Shown: positions 9,863 through 19,414 of the stretch, piece by piece
Numbering within the stretch: position 1 is the stretch's first letter
Layout of the letters: the number at the start of each line of letters is the position of its first letter
Sequence record: SRR31156797_636
Length of the DNA stretch: 64,000 bases
Reading direction: 5' to 3' (one strand)
The notes under the pieces: generated by a model
The model's input: only the letters and a program-made list of their open reading frames with translations
What the model was told of the DNA's origin: nothing
Databases searched by the model: none
Translations under genes and position numbers: made by a program

Positions 9863-11281
9863 TCAGGTAGCCTCTTCCTTCATTGTTCGCTGCTGACGAA
9901 GATACAGCCTGTATGCATAGTAAAGCAATGGGCAAAGGGTCAATATTTCCACGGCTTCCCTAAAAAGATACTGAGCCGCAACAAAATGAACTACACAGGC
10001 TGCGGCAACGGTCAGCAACAGGCTGAGGATATCCCTGCCCACAAAGAGTCCTATGGCGAACTGGCAGAAAGAAACGGTCATGAGAGCCATGACGCCCTTG
10101 GTCAGCAGGATGGCATAGGCGGTTCCCGACATGGGGTTCTCTGGAATAAGCAGCGCACACAGGGCGAAATTGACGGCCAGCCCGACAATGTACATGCCAA
10201 GCAGGATACGCTGCCGGTTCATGCTGACCATGAGGTAGCTCGCCAGATTGTGGATGAAAGCGAAAAGGATGCAGCCGACAAGTTCCTTCTGCATCTGGAT
10301 GGCAGGACTGTAATTCTGTCCGTAGACCAGCGTGATGATACGGTCGCTTTCCACGAAAAGCACATAGGAAATTGGAAGAGCCGCCGCCACCAGCCAAACC
10401 GAAGATCTTTGCGCCAAGGCCTTGAACTGCGCCTTGTCCTTGACCCAGAGCTTGGTGAACAACGGAAACATAACTTTTCCAAGCAGAAGGCTTGAGACAA
10501 GGACCGACACGAAGTCGACGATCTGCCATGTAGCACTGTACTGGGCAACACCATCAGACCCCGCATAGTTTTGTAGAAAAAAAATGTTGATTTTATTATA
10601 AAAAATTGCGCACACAGCCATGGCCGTATAGACCAATCCTTCTCTCCATGCCCCCCAAACATCCTTGAAGCTTTCCAGTCGAAAATATTTCCAAAATCGT
10701 TTGAAGAACAGACGGGTGACCACAACAAGATTGGTAAGGGTTTCCACCCCCTTGAACAAGGCGATCATGATCGTCGGGAAGCCAGAAAATAAGGCAATCA
10801 AACCGTAGCCGTAGCCGATCAGAGAAGCAACGCCACGGCTTTTTCCCTCCACGTCCTGCCGTCCAAGGACCTGACAGGCCACAAAAAAAGAGTTGCCAAT
10901 GCCCTCAAGACCGATGGCGGTGGCGACGACGATAATAATGGCCCTCAGTTGCGGCGAATAATCCTGCCAGAAAATGAAACCGATCATGGCTAGCCAGCCG
11001 ATGATTAAAAAGGCAACCTTGATAAACGTCACCTGCCGGAGAATACGAGAAGGATAGTTTTCCCTCCGTGCCAGCATGGTTGAAAGGTGCTGGTTGAGTC
11101 CGAATTCCGTGGCGAACAGCAGAAGTTGGCCGATGCTGATGGCAAGCATGAACTGACCGTAGGTCTCAGTGCCCTGCCGCGCCAAGGCAATGATGAAAAC
11201 CGTCTGCAAAACCTCCCGCATCCAATGAGCGGAAAGAAGGTAGCCGAAGCTCTTGAGGACGGACTTACGAGATTTTGTCAT
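9863..11281 (-). CDS. Wzx-like oligosaccharide flippase (MOP superfamily)
   Basis: About 12-14 TM; LARQGTETYGQF, EFGLN, NKINIFFL, VAQYSA. Start placed at MTKSRK. Confidence 0.85.
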   Translation of the reverse strand: MTKSRKSVLKSFGYLLSAHWMREVLQTVFIIALARQGTETYGQFMLAISIGQLLLFATEFGLNQHLSTMLARRENYPSRILRQVTFIKVAFLIIGWLAMIGFIFWQDYSPQLRAIIIVVATAIGLEGIGNSFFVACQVLGRQDVEGKSRGVASLIGYGYGLIALFSGFPTIMIALFKGVETLTNLVVVTRLFFKRFWKYFRLESFKDVWGAWREGLVYTAMAVCAIFYNKINIFFLQNYAGSDGVAQYSATWQIVDFVSVLVSSLLLGKVMFPLFTKLWVKDKAQFKALAQRSSVWLVAAALPISYVLFVESDRIITLVYGQNYSPAIQMQKELVGCILFAFIHNLASYLMVSMNRQRILLGMYIVGLAVNFALCALLIPENPMSGTAYAILLTKGVMALMTVSFCQFAIGLFVGRDILSLLLTVAAACVVHFVAAQYLFREAVEILTLCPLLYYAYRLYLRQQRTMKEEAT

Positions 11282-11310
11282 GGCTTCAAGACATGTCACC
11301 CGAATACGGG

Positions 11311-11338
11311 ATTATGGCAACTTTTTTTTGTAAAGCAG
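11311..11338 (-). promoter_or_regulatory. Putative extended -10 sigma70 promoter (TGCCATAAT) upstream of the flippase-GT21-GT4-asnB block
   Basis: Minus strand reads CTGCTTTACAAAAAAAAGTTGCCATAAT, about 30 nt upstream of the flippase ATG. Confidence 0.4.
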
Positions 11339-11380
11339 GTTCACCTCGTGAGGCGACACAGCCTGTGGCAGATGAAGGGA

Positions 11381-11908
11381 TTATGCGTCTTCTCCACGCA
11401 TGCGCAGCTTTTTCGCCGGAGTACCAACATTAATGCTGAGCGGCTCCAGATGCCTGGTAACCACGGCGCGAGCACCGACAACGGCTCCGTCACCGACACT
11501 CGTCCCCGGCAATACGACCACGCCATAGGCGAGCCAGCACTCTTTCCCGATAATAATATCGGCAGCTTCGCTGCCCTGCATTCGAATGGGAACATCCGGG
11601 TTGTCAAAGACGTGATTTATAGTTTCCAAAAAACACTCTGGAGCGATATGGGTACCGTCACCAATGGTAATGGTCGCGGTACTGCCGATCAGATAGGTAC
11701 CGGAATTGATCGTGACATCGTCGCCAATCTCAATGCGTTGCGGCTTATAGATTCTGACTGCCTGTCCAAGGACGAGCCGCTTGCCGCACACGCCCAAAAA
11801 GGGAGCGACAAGCTTGCCGCGCAACCTGTTGATCGGTCCGTGCGCAGGCCACCAACTGATGAGTGGATATAGCAGGTAAAAAAGAAGTGTCCTCAATCGT
11901 TTCGACAT
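11381..11908 (-). CDS. Hexapeptide-repeat (LbH) O-acyltransferase, WcaF/maltose acetyltransferase-like
   Basis: IEIGDDVTI, ITIGDGTHI, NHVF, IIIGKECWL, VGDGAVVGARAVVT, GTPAK; GGGAG RBS before MSKRL. Confidence 0.88.
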   Translation of the reverse strand: MSKRLRTLLFYLLYPLISWWPAHGPINRLRGKLVAPFLGVCGKRLVLGQAVRIYKPQRIEIGDDVTINSGTYLIGSTATITIGDGTHIAPECFLETINHVFDNPDVPIRMQGSEAADIIIGKECWLAYGVVVLPGTSVGDGAVVGARAVVTRHLEPLSINVGTPAKKLRMRGEDA

Positions 11909-11938
11909 GTCTGCTCCCACTGTCTCTGTTTCGTTGTG

Positions 11939-13180
11939 CTATTGAAGCACGTTCACGAAATCCATCACCGTAATTGCCTCAAGGCGATCCGAAGACACCT
12001 GTTTAAACTGGTCATGACCGACGAGAACTGCAACAATATCAGCCTTTTCAAGAGACTTCTCAAGCGACAACAAATCAATTCCTTCCATTCTAAAATCAGA
12101 TTTAACATTGGGGTCAACGGCTAATACCCGGATATTTCCATGCGCCACCAGACGACGGGCAATGGACAAAGCCGGGCTCTCACGCAAATCATCAATATTC
12201 GGTTTGTAAGTCAACCCCCACACGGCGATGGTACAGTTGCCCCTGCCGTCCAACGCTGCCGTAATCTGATCAAAAACGAAATTTTCCTTTTCAAGATTCA
12301 CATTTCTGGCCGTCTTGATCAGAGACGACTTGTCGGGAGCCAAATCCACGATAAACCAGGGATCAAGGGCAATGCAATGCCCGCCGACACCCGGTCCAGG
12401 TTGCAAGATATTGACCCGAGGATGACGGTTGGCCAACGAGACAAGTTCCCAAGGGTCAATGCCGGAGTCGTTGCAAATCATCGAAAGTTCGTTGGCAAAC
12501 GCAATGTTAACGTCCCTGTAGGCATTTTCGGTCAACTTGGACATCTCAGCGGTCTTGGTATTGGTGACAATGCACTTGCCGTCCACAAAAATTCCGTACA
12601 GTGACTTTGCCCTTTCTGCGCAAGCCCGGCTAGCACCGCCAACAATCCTGTCATTGTTCACCAACTCGTACAAGGAACTTCCGGGGATCACTCGCTCCGG
12701 GCAATACGCCACACATACGTCATGTGTCGAATCTTCCCAATCACCGGCAAAGGTCAATTCAGGACGCAATTCCTGCAACAACTCAATCATTTTGGTTGTC
12801 GTATGAACCGGGGACGTGGATTCCAGTATGACTAGATCGCCTTTTTTTAACACAGTGGCGATGGACCGCGCAGCAGCCCAGACGTAATCCATGCACGGCG
12901 TCTTGTCTTCGTTGATCGGCGTAGGGACGGTTATAATAAAAGCATCGGACTCCACAGGAGTCGTGCCCGCCTTCAACTTGCCCTGTTTCACGACGGTCTT
13001 CACGAGTTCATCAAGCCCCTCTTCCACAATGTGGACATCGCCAGCATTAATCCGATTAACGATGTCTTCTTTGATATCCACACCATGTACATCCACCCCC
13101 TGCCCGGCCAGACAGGCACTGGTTGGCAGGCCAATATACCCAAGACCAATGACGCAAATCTTCCTAAAAGGACTCTTCAT
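11939..13180 (-). CDS. wecC: UDP-N-acetyl-D-mannosamine dehydrogenase
   Basis: ICVIGLGYIGLP, ITVPTP, ESTSPV, YCPERVIPG, AEMSKLTENAYRDVNIAFANEL, PGPGVGGHCI, GLTYKPNIDDLRESP. Confidence 0.93.
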   Translation of the reverse strand: MKSPFRKICVIGLGYIGLPTSACLAGQGVDVHGVDIKEDIVNRINAGDVHIVEEGLDELVKTVVKQGKLKAGTTPVESDAFIITVPTPINEDKTPCMDYVWAAARSIATVLKKGDLVILESTSPVHTTTKMIELLQELRPELTFAGDWEDSTHDVCVAYCPERVIPGSSLYELVNNDRIVGGASRACAERAKSLYGIFVDGKCIVTNTKTAEMSKLTENAYRDVNIAFANELSMICNDSGIDPWELVSLANRHPRVNILQPGPGVGGHCIALDPWFIVDLAPDKSSLIKTARNVNLEKENFVFDQITAALDGRGNCTIAVWGLTYKPNIDDLRESPALSIARRLVAHGNIRVLAVDPNVKSDFRMEGIDLLSLEKSLEKADIVAVLVGHDQFKQVSSDRLEAITVMDFVNVLQ

Positions 13181-14294
13181 TTCGTAACCTATCAATTATT
13201 CTGTGGGCAGCCCGTCCATCACCAAAGGGATTGTGCACTTTGGTCATGGCGGCATAGGCGTCCGGGTCATCAAGCAGCCTGTTGGCCGCTTTCAGGATTG
13301 AATCGGGCTCGACACCGACCAGCAGGGCGGTGCCTCTTTCAATGGCTTCCGGGCGTTCAGTCTTGTCACGCATGACCAGGACAGGCTTTCCAAGACTCGG
13401 AGCTTCTTCCTGCACACCGCCGGAGTCAGTCAAGATAAGCGTGGCCTTCATCATAAGGAACGTGAACGTCAAATAGTCGACAGGGTCGCAGAGATGAACT
13501 CCGGGAACATTTTCCAAACACTTGAAAATTGGAATTCTGACGTTGGGATTCAGATGAACAGGATAGACGACTTCCACATCGGAACGCCCCGCAAGCTCTT
13601 CTAGAGCATCGCAAACGCCCTCGAATTTGCCAAAATTTTCACGCCGGTGTCCGGTAACAAGTACTATCCGCTTACTCCAGTCGACGGACGGAAATCCCGC
13701 CTCAAGCTCTCGGGTCAAGTTCGCATCGCTTTCAATCTTCCGCGCAGTATGAAGCAGGGCGTCGACAATCGTATTTCCTGTCACTTCAATACGGTCTTCC
13801 GAAATATTTTCCTTGATAAGATTCAACCGCGCCTGCTCGGTCGGGGCAAAGTGCAGGGAGGAAAGAACGCTGGTCAGACACCTGTTTATTTCCTCGGGCC
13901 ACGGGGACAGCTTATTCCCCGTCCTGAGCCCAGCTTCGATATGCCCAACGGGAATCCTGTTATAGAACGCGGCCAGTGATGCCGCGAAAGTCGTCGTCGT
14001 ATCGCCATGCACGAGAATGACATCCGGCTTGTATTCAGCGCACACCCGCCCAATATCTTCGATCACCGAACTGGTGATCTGTTCCAAGGACTGATTCGCC
14101 CGCATAAGATCCAAATCAAAATCCGGTGTCACCCCAAACAACTCAAGAACCTGATCAAGCATCTCCCTGTGCTGCGCCGTGACGCACGTGGCAAACTCGA
14201 AGACATCGGAAGCCTCTTCCAAAGCATGAACGACCGGCACCATCTTGATGGCTTCCGGCCTGGTCCCAAAAACGACGAGAACCTTTCGTTTCAT
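13164..14294 (-). CDS. wecB: UDP-N-acetylglucosamine 2-epimerase (non-hydrolysing)
   Basis: VFGTRPEAIKM, QHREMLDQ, VHGDTTT, HIEAGLRT, PWPEEINR, HRRENFG, TDSGGVQEEAP, NPFGDG. Start placed at MKRKV. Confidence 0.96.
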   Translation of the reverse strand: MKRKVLVVFGTRPEAIKMVPVVHALEEASDVFEFATCVTAQHREMLDQVLELFGVTPDFDLDLMRANQSLEQITSSVIEDIGRVCAEYKPDVILVHGDTTTTFAASLAAFYNRIPVGHIEAGLRTGNKLSPWPEEINRCLTSVLSSLHFAPTEQARLNLIKENISEDRIEVTGNTIVDALLHTARKIESDANLTRELEAGFPSVDWSKRIVLVTGHRRENFGKFEGVCDALEELAGRSDVEVVYPVHLNPNVRIPIFKCLENVPGVHLCDPVDYLTFTFLMMKATLILTDSGGVQEEAPSLGKPVLVMRDKTERPEAIERGTALLVGVEPDSILKAANRLLDDPDAYAAMTKVHNPFGDGRAAHRIIDRLRNEESF

Positions 14295-14296
14295 CG

Positions 14297-15526
14297 CTAC
14301 CAGCCCCTCTTGTATTGAGAAACGGCATCGGCAAGGCACCGCTCGAAATCGACAACAAGTTTCTCTCGAGAATAGTCCTTGCTCAACGCCCGTCCGTTGG
14401 CACCGCACTGCTTACAGAATTCCTGATCTTCCGCGAGGCGAGAAATGGCATCGGCAAGTGCCTTGGGAGAGCTGGTGCCGGTAAATATACCGACCTGCTT
14501 TTCATCAACGATATCAGCCACTCCACCGGAGAAATTAACAATGACGGGAAGGCCTGAAGCGAGATAGTCAAAGAACTTGTTCGGCAAAACCGTTGCAAAC
14601 ACTTCCAGCGGCTGTAGGATCATGAGCCCGCAATCAACCTCGGCCAGCACTTCGGCCAACTCGTCCTTGGGGATGGGGTCCAGAAACAAGATATTCTCAA
14701 GCCCCATACTATGGGCCTTCTCTTTAAGTTCCGCCTTCTTGGCACCTTCTCCAATCAAAATGATCTTCACTCCGGGAGGAAGTTCTGCCGTTGCGTCTAC
14801 AACAAGATCTAAACCATTGGCCAGACCGTGCGCCCCGGTAAAAATGGCGACAAAATCATCTTCTAGCCCGTGCCGTTTCCTGAAATCCACAAGACTTCCC
14901 TGACCGAACAAATCAGGATCGGCCCCAAGCGGGACCACCGTTATCTTGTCGGGAGAAACTCCGGCGCATTCCACCATCCGTCCTTTCATCCGCTCGCTGA
15001 CCGTGACAATTCGCGTCGCCCTGCGGTACACGAACCGCTCGAACCATGTCATCGCCTTGATCATCAGGGGATTCTTCAACACGCCGGTGGCCACAGCCGA
15101 CTCCGGCCAGATATCCCTGACCTCAAAGACCAACGGGATACGCCTCAGCCACGAGATCAGCAATCCGGGCACCGCAACTGTGATCGGCGTAGACGTAGCA
15201 AAGACAAGGTCTGCGTCCTTAAGCTTGATTCCTTCGCGGGCCGACTGAAGGGCAAATGCAAGAAAGGCTTTGACGCGTCCGTAAAACCCCGCCTGCTGGG
15301 CATATGAGACATTACATACATGCACGTCTATACCGTCGACATCGAGTCTATCGACAGCTTTCTCGGAAGATTGTGCAAAATTGGATTTCCTATTCCGGCC
15401 GCATAGCATGTCTACCCGATGACCAAACATTTCGACAAGGAGTCGCCCGAACTCGTAAGATCGAGTACCAGCACATCCGCCGCGCGTGCTGAAGTGCTGA
15501 TGTATATATATAATATTCAAAGACAT
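14297..15526 (-). CDS. Glycosyltransferase family 4 (WbuB-like)
   Basis: YIHQHF, GTRSYE, FATSTP, FEVRDIWPE, TGAHGLANGL, PNKFFDYLASGLP. Start placed at MSLNII. Confidence 0.9.
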   Translation of the reverse strand: MSLNIIYIHQHFSTRGGCAGTRSYEFGRLLVEMFGHRVDMLCGRNRKSNFAQSSEKAVDRLDVDGIDVHVCNVSYAQQAGFYGRVKAFLAFALQSAREGIKLKDADLVFATSTPITVAVPGLLISWLRRIPLVFEVRDIWPESAVATGVLKNPLMIKAMTWFERFVYRRATRIVTVSERMKGRMVECAGVSPDKITVVPLGADPDLFGQGSLVDFRKRHGLEDDFVAIFTGAHGLANGLDLVVDATAELPPGVKIILIGEGAKKAELKEKAHSMGLENILFLDPIPKDELAEVLAEVDCGLMILQPLEVFATVLPNKFFDYLASGLPVIVNFSGGVADIVDEKQVGIFTGTSSPKALADAISRLAEDQEFCKQCGANGRALSKDYSREKLVVDFERCLADAVSQYKRGW

Positions 15527-15962
15527 ATTTTCCCTAAAAGCGGATTGCCGAAACAGCTCATGTTGCCTACCATATAATAAGTACAGAAGCAACAAACCCC
15601 AATGCCTGCATCTATTCAATAATTCAACCAAAAACGCGAAAGTCAATGAACTTTTCAACCTGTCAGCCAATCATTTTTGGCCCACAAAAGCATCTTCAAA
15701 GCCATCTTCACTCCCGCGCTTACACCCCCTATCATAAGGAGATTATTTCCGTCTACGCGTTTTGGATTTGCACCACTCCCCCCACTCTGATAGGAATCCT
15801 TGTGAGGCTTAAAAGCATTCGGATAATCGATATGCCAAACGTATCGACTCAATGGGCGTATCGTTTTTTTTACAGCCCGATGCCACGGAGATCCTCCTCT
15901 AGGACACAATAACGGCAATCGATATTTTTAAAAGTTAACCTAACAAATTAGAGGCTTACAAT

Positions 15963-16832
15963 ATGAACTTCACTTCCGACGCGCCACCTGAGTACCTTGA
16001 TTTACAAAAGCTCACATTGCGCTTCGTTAGACGTTGGAAAACCATAATCATGTTCGTAGCGTTCACGGTTGCCTTGGTCATGCTATCGTCACGCCCGGCA
16101 AGCATCATTTCAAACCAAAGCCTCTCGATTTCGCCTCCGGGCTCCCCGGAGACTGAAGGACTTGATCCGTCTGAAGAGCTGTTCATCTTTACACGGGAAT
16201 TCATCAAGTCCGACGGCCTGCAAAACGCTCTTGCTGCCAAGCTCGGCATCCCGGTCAATTCATTCAGGATACAAGCAACTTTTCAGGACATCTCCAGCAC
16301 CATGGTCATCAACTGTATCGCTCAAGATCGATCCATTGCTATATCTGCCGGAAACAACGTTCTGCCCGTGCTAGCCGAGGCCATTGCCCCGGTTATCGCC
16401 CCGTATAAAAACCGATATACTGACGCGGCACAGTTCTTCCCTAAGTCCAAAAAGCAGCTGGCGCACATCGAGCAGACCCTCGCTGCGTCCAAAACTGCGC
16501 TCATGGATCTGGCCAAAAAAAACGATAAGAAAATTCCAACAGAACTGTGGCTTGACATCCTCGATCAAGTCCAGACTGCCAATCTGCAAATCAAAGCCAT
16601 GGAAGGTACTTTCAACGCCAGTTACAAGGAAAGCTTAAACAACGTCATGACGCCTGAGCTTCGCCGTGTCGCAAAACCGCACACCCTTCAACCTAAAACA
16701 AAACTCAAGCAGGCGATCATCCTCTTCGCCTCGTTCTTAGGCGGCCTGATGATAGCCATACTTTGGATCGTTCTGTCGGATTGGGTCAGCGACATCATCC
16801 GGCTTCATCACGAGGAAAAGAACTCCAATTAG
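15963..16832 (+). CDS. Wzz-like polysaccharide co-polymerase (chain-length regulator)
   Basis: N-terminal LDL..L...RRWK plus TM, central coiled coil, C-terminal P-K plus Gly-rich TM (QPKTK..IILFASFLGGLMI). Confidence 0.65.
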   Translation: MNFTSDAPPEYLDLQKLTLRFVRRWKTIIMFVAFTVALVMLSSRPASIISNQSLSISPPGSPETEGLDPSEELFIFTREFIKSDGLQNALAAKLGIPVNSFRIQATFQDISSTMVINCIAQDRSIAISAGNNVLPVLAEAIAPVIAPYKNRYTDAAQFFPKSKKQLAHIEQTLAASKTALMDLAKKNDKKIPTELWLDILDQVQTANLQIKAMEGTFNASYKESLNNVMTPELRRVAKPHTLQPKTKLKQAIILFASFLGGLMIAILWIVLSDWVSDIIRLHHEEKNSN

Positions 16833-16945
16833 CAAAAAAACGATATAATTGCCAAAAAAAATCTTTAAAATTTGGCATCAATACAATATCTCAATAGCCG
16901 CAACTACCTCAACTGCTTCCAAGAAAAACATAAGGATAATTAGTC

Positions 16946-18094
16946 ATGAAAGTACTCATACTCGGTGGTGACGGATACCTCGGTTGGCCCACAGCGATGA
17001 ACTGCAATGCCAAAGGGCATGAAGTCGTAGTCGTGGACAACTATCTACGCCGCAACATCTGTAATGAACTTGATGTAGCCGAACTGTTTGGCGTTCCCAA
17101 TCTGTCGGAACGTGCCAGAAAATGGAAAGACCTTTCCGGCTCGGACATCCCCGTCTACATCGGCGACCTTTCCGACTGGAGTTTCATCTCCGAAGTGTTC
17201 AAAGAATTCACCCCGGATGCCATCATCCACTATGCCGAGCAGCCGTCCGCTCCGTACTCCATGCTCAACCGCCGGGCCGCTTCCAAGACCTTGATCAACA
17301 ACCTCGAAGTCACGGCCAACGTCATCTACGCGGTCCGCGAATTCAACAAGGACGCCCACATCATCAAGCTCGGCACCATGGGCGAATACGGCACTCCGAA
17401 TATCGACATCGAAGAAGGCTGGCTGGATATCGAACACAAGGGACGCAGCGACCGTTTCCTCTTCCCCCGCCAAGCAAGCAGCCTCTACCACACCACCAAA
17501 ATCATGGATACTGACCTCCTCTGGTTCTATGTTCGCATGTGGGGACTCCGCGTCACCGACCTGATGCAAGGGCCGGTTTACGGCTTTGCTACCGAAGAAA
17601 ACGAAGGGCACCCCGATCTCTACCCCTTCTTCAACTACGACGAACTGTTCGGCACGGTCATCAACCGCTTCATAACCCAGGCTGTGGCAGGATATCCGCT
17701 GACCATCTATGGAAAAGGCGGACAGACCCGCGGCTATCTCGATATTAAAGACACCCTCAATTGCGTCCGCCTGTCCCTCGAGAACCCAGCCGACAAGGGC
17801 GAACTGCGCATCTTCAATCAGTACACGGAGACCTTCTCCGTCAACGATCTTGCCCAGCGCATCGAATCCGTCGGTAACGGGCTCGGCCTGAACGTGCAAC
17901 TCAACCACCTTGAAAACCCACGCAAGGAACTGGAAGAACATTATTACAATCCGACTGCCACAGGCCTTCTTGACCTAGGTCTTGAGCCCAACTTCCTGAC
18001 GGATGATTCTCTCGCTGCCATGATGGAAGAAGTGATGCGCTACAAGGACTCCATCGACGAACACAAGATCTTCAGAAAAATCGCCTGGTCATAA
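16946..18094 (+). CDS. sqdB: UDP-sulfoquinovose synthase (SqdB/SQD1/Agl3 family)
   Basis: ILGGDGYLGWPTAM, AEQPSAPYSM, IKLGTMGEYGTPNIDIEEG, SLYHTTK, TDLMQGPVYG, GTVINRF, YGKGGQTRG, NPRKELEEHYYN. Confidence 0.93.
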   Translation: MKVLILGGDGYLGWPTAMNCNAKGHEVVVVDNYLRRNICNELDVAELFGVPNLSERARKWKDLSGSDIPVYIGDLSDWSFISEVFKEFTPDAIIHYAEQPSAPYSMLNRRAASKTLINNLEVTANVIYAVREFNKDAHIIKLGTMGEYGTPNIDIEEGWLDIEHKGRSDRFLFPRQASSLYHTTKIMDTDLLWFYVRMWGLRVTDLMQGPVYGFATEENEGHPDLYPFFNYDELFGTVINRFITQAVAGYPLTIYGKGGQTRGYLDIKDTLNCVRLSLENPADKGELRIFNQYTETFSVNDLAQRIESVGNGLGLNVQLNHLENPRKELEEHYYNPTATGLLDLGLEPNFLTDDSLAAMMEEVMRYKDSIDEHKIFRKIAWS

Positions 18095-18111
18095 AGTCCA
18101 GCAAAACCCGC

Positions 18112-19404
18112 ATGACCAGCAAGCTGACAAAGAATTATGCCCACATAGCCGTCTCCCAAGGCACGATAGTCCTGGCAAAGAGCCTGCTGCTTCTCATTTT
18201 GGGAAGAGAACTCGGAGCCTCGGGATTTGGCGTATACACGCTCTTGTTTGCAACACCTGTCCTGATATCGACTATCGCAACACTAGGCATCAGCCGGGCC
18301 ATCACATTCAACCTAAGCGGCGGTGATCACGGGCGGGAAACAGTACTTGGTAATCATGCGTACCTGGTATGTGGCATCATTCTCATGGTTACCGCATGCC
18401 AGGCCGTATTATTCCCTCTGTTCCATAAAACGTTTTTCAGCATACTAGGACGCTCAGAAATGAACGCGAGCCTGCTGATCGGCGCAGCCTTCACCCTACA
18501 AATCGCCAACAATGGAGTTCTGCACGGTGTAGGCGGATTCCATCGACTCCCTCTGGCAACGATCCTCCAGTGGAGTGTTAATCTGGGGGGCATCGGTTTT
18601 TTCTGGATCCAGGGGGCGCTGACTCCGGCCAATGCCGGATTCGCCTATGCACTCGGTCTGGCCGTTTTTGGATGCTTCACTTTACTCTGCCCGGAAATGC
18701 GCGGCGTCTTCCGGCTCCAAAGACCTGACTCAACGTATTTCAAATCATGCTTTGCCTATGGCTCCAAAGCAAGTGCGCTCACTCTGACCAACACCATCAA
18801 TCTCCGCCTGGACTATTACATCGTCGCGTATTTTCTACCCGCAACTGATCTAGGATTCTATTCTCTGGCGACCTCTGCTTGCGAAGTCTTCCTCAATGTG
18901 TTCAGCAGAGGTCTCGACTTTGTTCTCCTGCCTTGGGCGGCAAAACAGTCCCACGGCAATCGCATAGAGCAAACCGCACGGCTCACTAGGATAACATTCA
19001 CCCTGACCCTGATTCTGGCGATAGGCATATTGATGCTGGCCGCACCCACTGTCACCTTTTTCTTCGGGCAGGAATACGCTCCCACCGTCGCGGCACTAAA
19101 GTTGTTGCTTCCCGGACTGATCGCCCTGAGTCTATCCTATACTTTGACCGGCATCCTCATGGGCGTAAACCGGCTCACACCTCTGTTGTGGGCAGGAATC
19201 ATTTCGTTCATGGCTACGTTAATACTCGACATAGAGCTCATCCCACGCATCGGAATCAATGGCGCGGCCATGGCATCGAGCGTTGCCTACTGGATACAGA
19301 CAGGCATCATACTTGTCGCAGTCAGACGTGAAAGCGGGTACTCATACTCACGTTACTTCTTTCCCGGAAAAAACGACTTTTCCATGAAAGACAGACGGAG
19401 ATAG
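18112..19404 (+). CDS. Wzx-like flippase
   Basis: Polytopic; RELGASGFGVY, NLRLDYYIV, LGFYSLA, LIPRIGINGAAMAS. Confidence 0.85.
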   Translation: MTSKLTKNYAHIAVSQGTIVLAKSLLLLILGRELGASGFGVYTLLFATPVLISTIATLGISRAITFNLSGGDHGRETVLGNHAYLVCGIILMVTACQAVLFPLFHKTFFSILGRSEMNASLLIGAAFTLQIANNGVLHGVGGFHRLPLATILQWSVNLGGIGFFWIQGALTPANAGFAYALGLAVFGCFTLLCPEMRGVFRLQRPDSTYFKSCFAYGSKASALTLTNTINLRLDYYIVAYFLPATDLGFYSLATSACEVFLNVFSRGLDFVLLPWAAKQSHGNRIEQTARLTRITFTLTLILAIGILMLAAPTVTFFFGQEYAPTVAALKLLLPGLIALSLSYTLTGILMGVNRLTPLLWAGIISFMATLILDIELIPRIGINGAAMASSVAYWIQTGIILVAVRRESGYSYSRYFFPGKNDFSMKDRRR

Positions 19405-19414
19405 AGATTAGTCC

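Noticed and set aside
14294-15670. Long N-terminal extensions in the ORF track (wecB to 14408, GT4 to 15670, GT9 to 49526, C5-epimerase from 29164, wbaP from 52945)
   Set aside because: They overlap neighbours or cross intergenic DNA, and family homology starts at downstream start codons.
15527-15962. Small ORFs (15646-15912 +, 15655-15918 -) or an ncRNA in the divergent gap
   Set aside because: No motif, convincing RBS or stable structure; best read as a divergent promoter region.
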